From the NCBI GenBank assembly GCA_011109175.1, contig RDEW01000086.1:49881-113880 (forward strand): a stretch of 64,000 nt of DNA, read 5' to 3'. A program made the translations under genes and the position numbers. This document shows positions 63,051 to 64,000 of the stretch, one piece after another. Source of the DNA: Dicyema japonicum. Lineage: Eukaryota > Animalia > Dicyemida. The notes below the pieces were generated by a model that saw nothing but the letters and a program-made list of their open reading frames with translations, had not been told where the DNA came from and made no database searches. The stretch's first letter is position 1. The number at the start of each line of letters is the position of its first letter.

Positions 63051-64000
63051 ATATAACAAGGAATGGTATTCATTTCTTTAGTTGTTATGATTGAGTCCTT
63101 TATCCGAATCCCCGACGATCTCTATGCATTAAGAGAACTTGCGAAAGAAAATTATAAAGCGGGTGATTTTGAAAAATGAAAATAAAATCAGAGTTAATCT
63201 TGGGGATTTTATAAATCCGTAGTAAGCGGAAATGAAGCGTTCAAACAGCACTTCGTATTTTATGTGGTCATCCTAACATTATGCTACAAGGATAAAAGTT
63301 CTGGAACGCTGGAACGAGGATCACCGTCTTGGGCCCGAAGACTCTATTTGTTTGACAACAATGGGCTGAACATGGAATCTTGGAATAAATTTAAAAACTA
63401 ACAGCTAACAACTACTGGCTGTCTTATAATTGACAACTTATTTCCACTGACGAAGGATATGACTGTTAAATTTTTGCCAAAGCTGTGGTTTACAAATGGA
63501 AACATTACTCTACTCTTGTTGGGAGGGCTGTGTGGTTTCTCAACTATGATTAAAGCCAATGGGGTTTTGCCCCTGTAAATAATTTATCTCCCCTCNACTA
63601 CTGGCTGTCTTATAATTGACAACTTATTTCCCCTGACGATTTGCAAGGATATGACTCTTAAATTTTTGCCAAAGCTGTGGTTTACAAATGGAAACATTAC
63701 TCTACTCTTGGTGAGAGGGCTGTGTGGTTTTTCAACTATGATTAAAGCCAATGGGGTTTTGCTTCTGTAAATAATTTATCTCCCCTCAGTTCTTCATGAG
63801 AAACTAGGATGTGAGATGTTTGTCATACCAAATATACATCCGGACACTAACTGACATATTTTTGGAACTAAAGGAAAACCTAAATCAACACGACTCGCTT
63901 GATTTCGTTACTTTCCTGTTAGCCACTTGTTTTCTAATAATCTCTCTTAGTCACTGAGAGATCTGTGGAAACTAGTCAAGGATGACTGAAGTGGTATATA

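Larger units (their letters stand above)
60850..64000 (+). repeat. Segmental direct duplication, copy 2
   Basis: Colinear with 1-2988. Confidence 0.95.

Noticed and set aside
1-64000. CRISPR arrays, rRNA, operons, intact autonomous transposase or RT genes
   Set aside because: No regularly spaced repeats or rRNA motifs were seen, and all TE ORFs are interrupted or deleted.

Overview
AT-rich eukaryotic (animal-like) nuclear DNA from a draft assembly with N gaps. It is gene-poor and dominated by decayed transposable elements: CRE, I-group, RTE/RTE-X and L1/Tx1-like LINEs, Penelope, hAT, pogo/Tigger, Merlin, and two SINE-like families. The ORF track hides the real host genes because they are split by ultra-short GT-AG introns. 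Splicing by hand gives three host genes. (1) A protocadherin-like gene (36651-39154, minus) with four 23-27 nt introns. (2) An EGF-like / Ser-Thr stalk / TM protein gene (about 27125-27749) with three 23-26 nt introns. (3) A reduced Myc-like bHLH-ZIP gene, present twice in a direct duplication about 60.85 kb apart (21-732 frameshifted, 60870-61586 intact). Introns this short fit a reduced parasitic animal such as a dicyemid or myxozoan; this is inference and the species cannot be determined here. The most notable candidates are: a LINE-tailed SINE-like family whose core keeps a covarying pseudoknot with HDV-ribozyme-like helix order (5 copies); two Myc-like paralogs with diverged basic regions but near-identical helix2/zipper; a multi-copy composite repeat with SANT/GATA-like coding remnants and an invariant 27-nt motif next to repeated retroelement insertions; a PHD-finger CRE element lacking its RT core; and two twin-priming-like inversions. 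No CRISPR, rRNA or convincingly intact tRNA gene was found.
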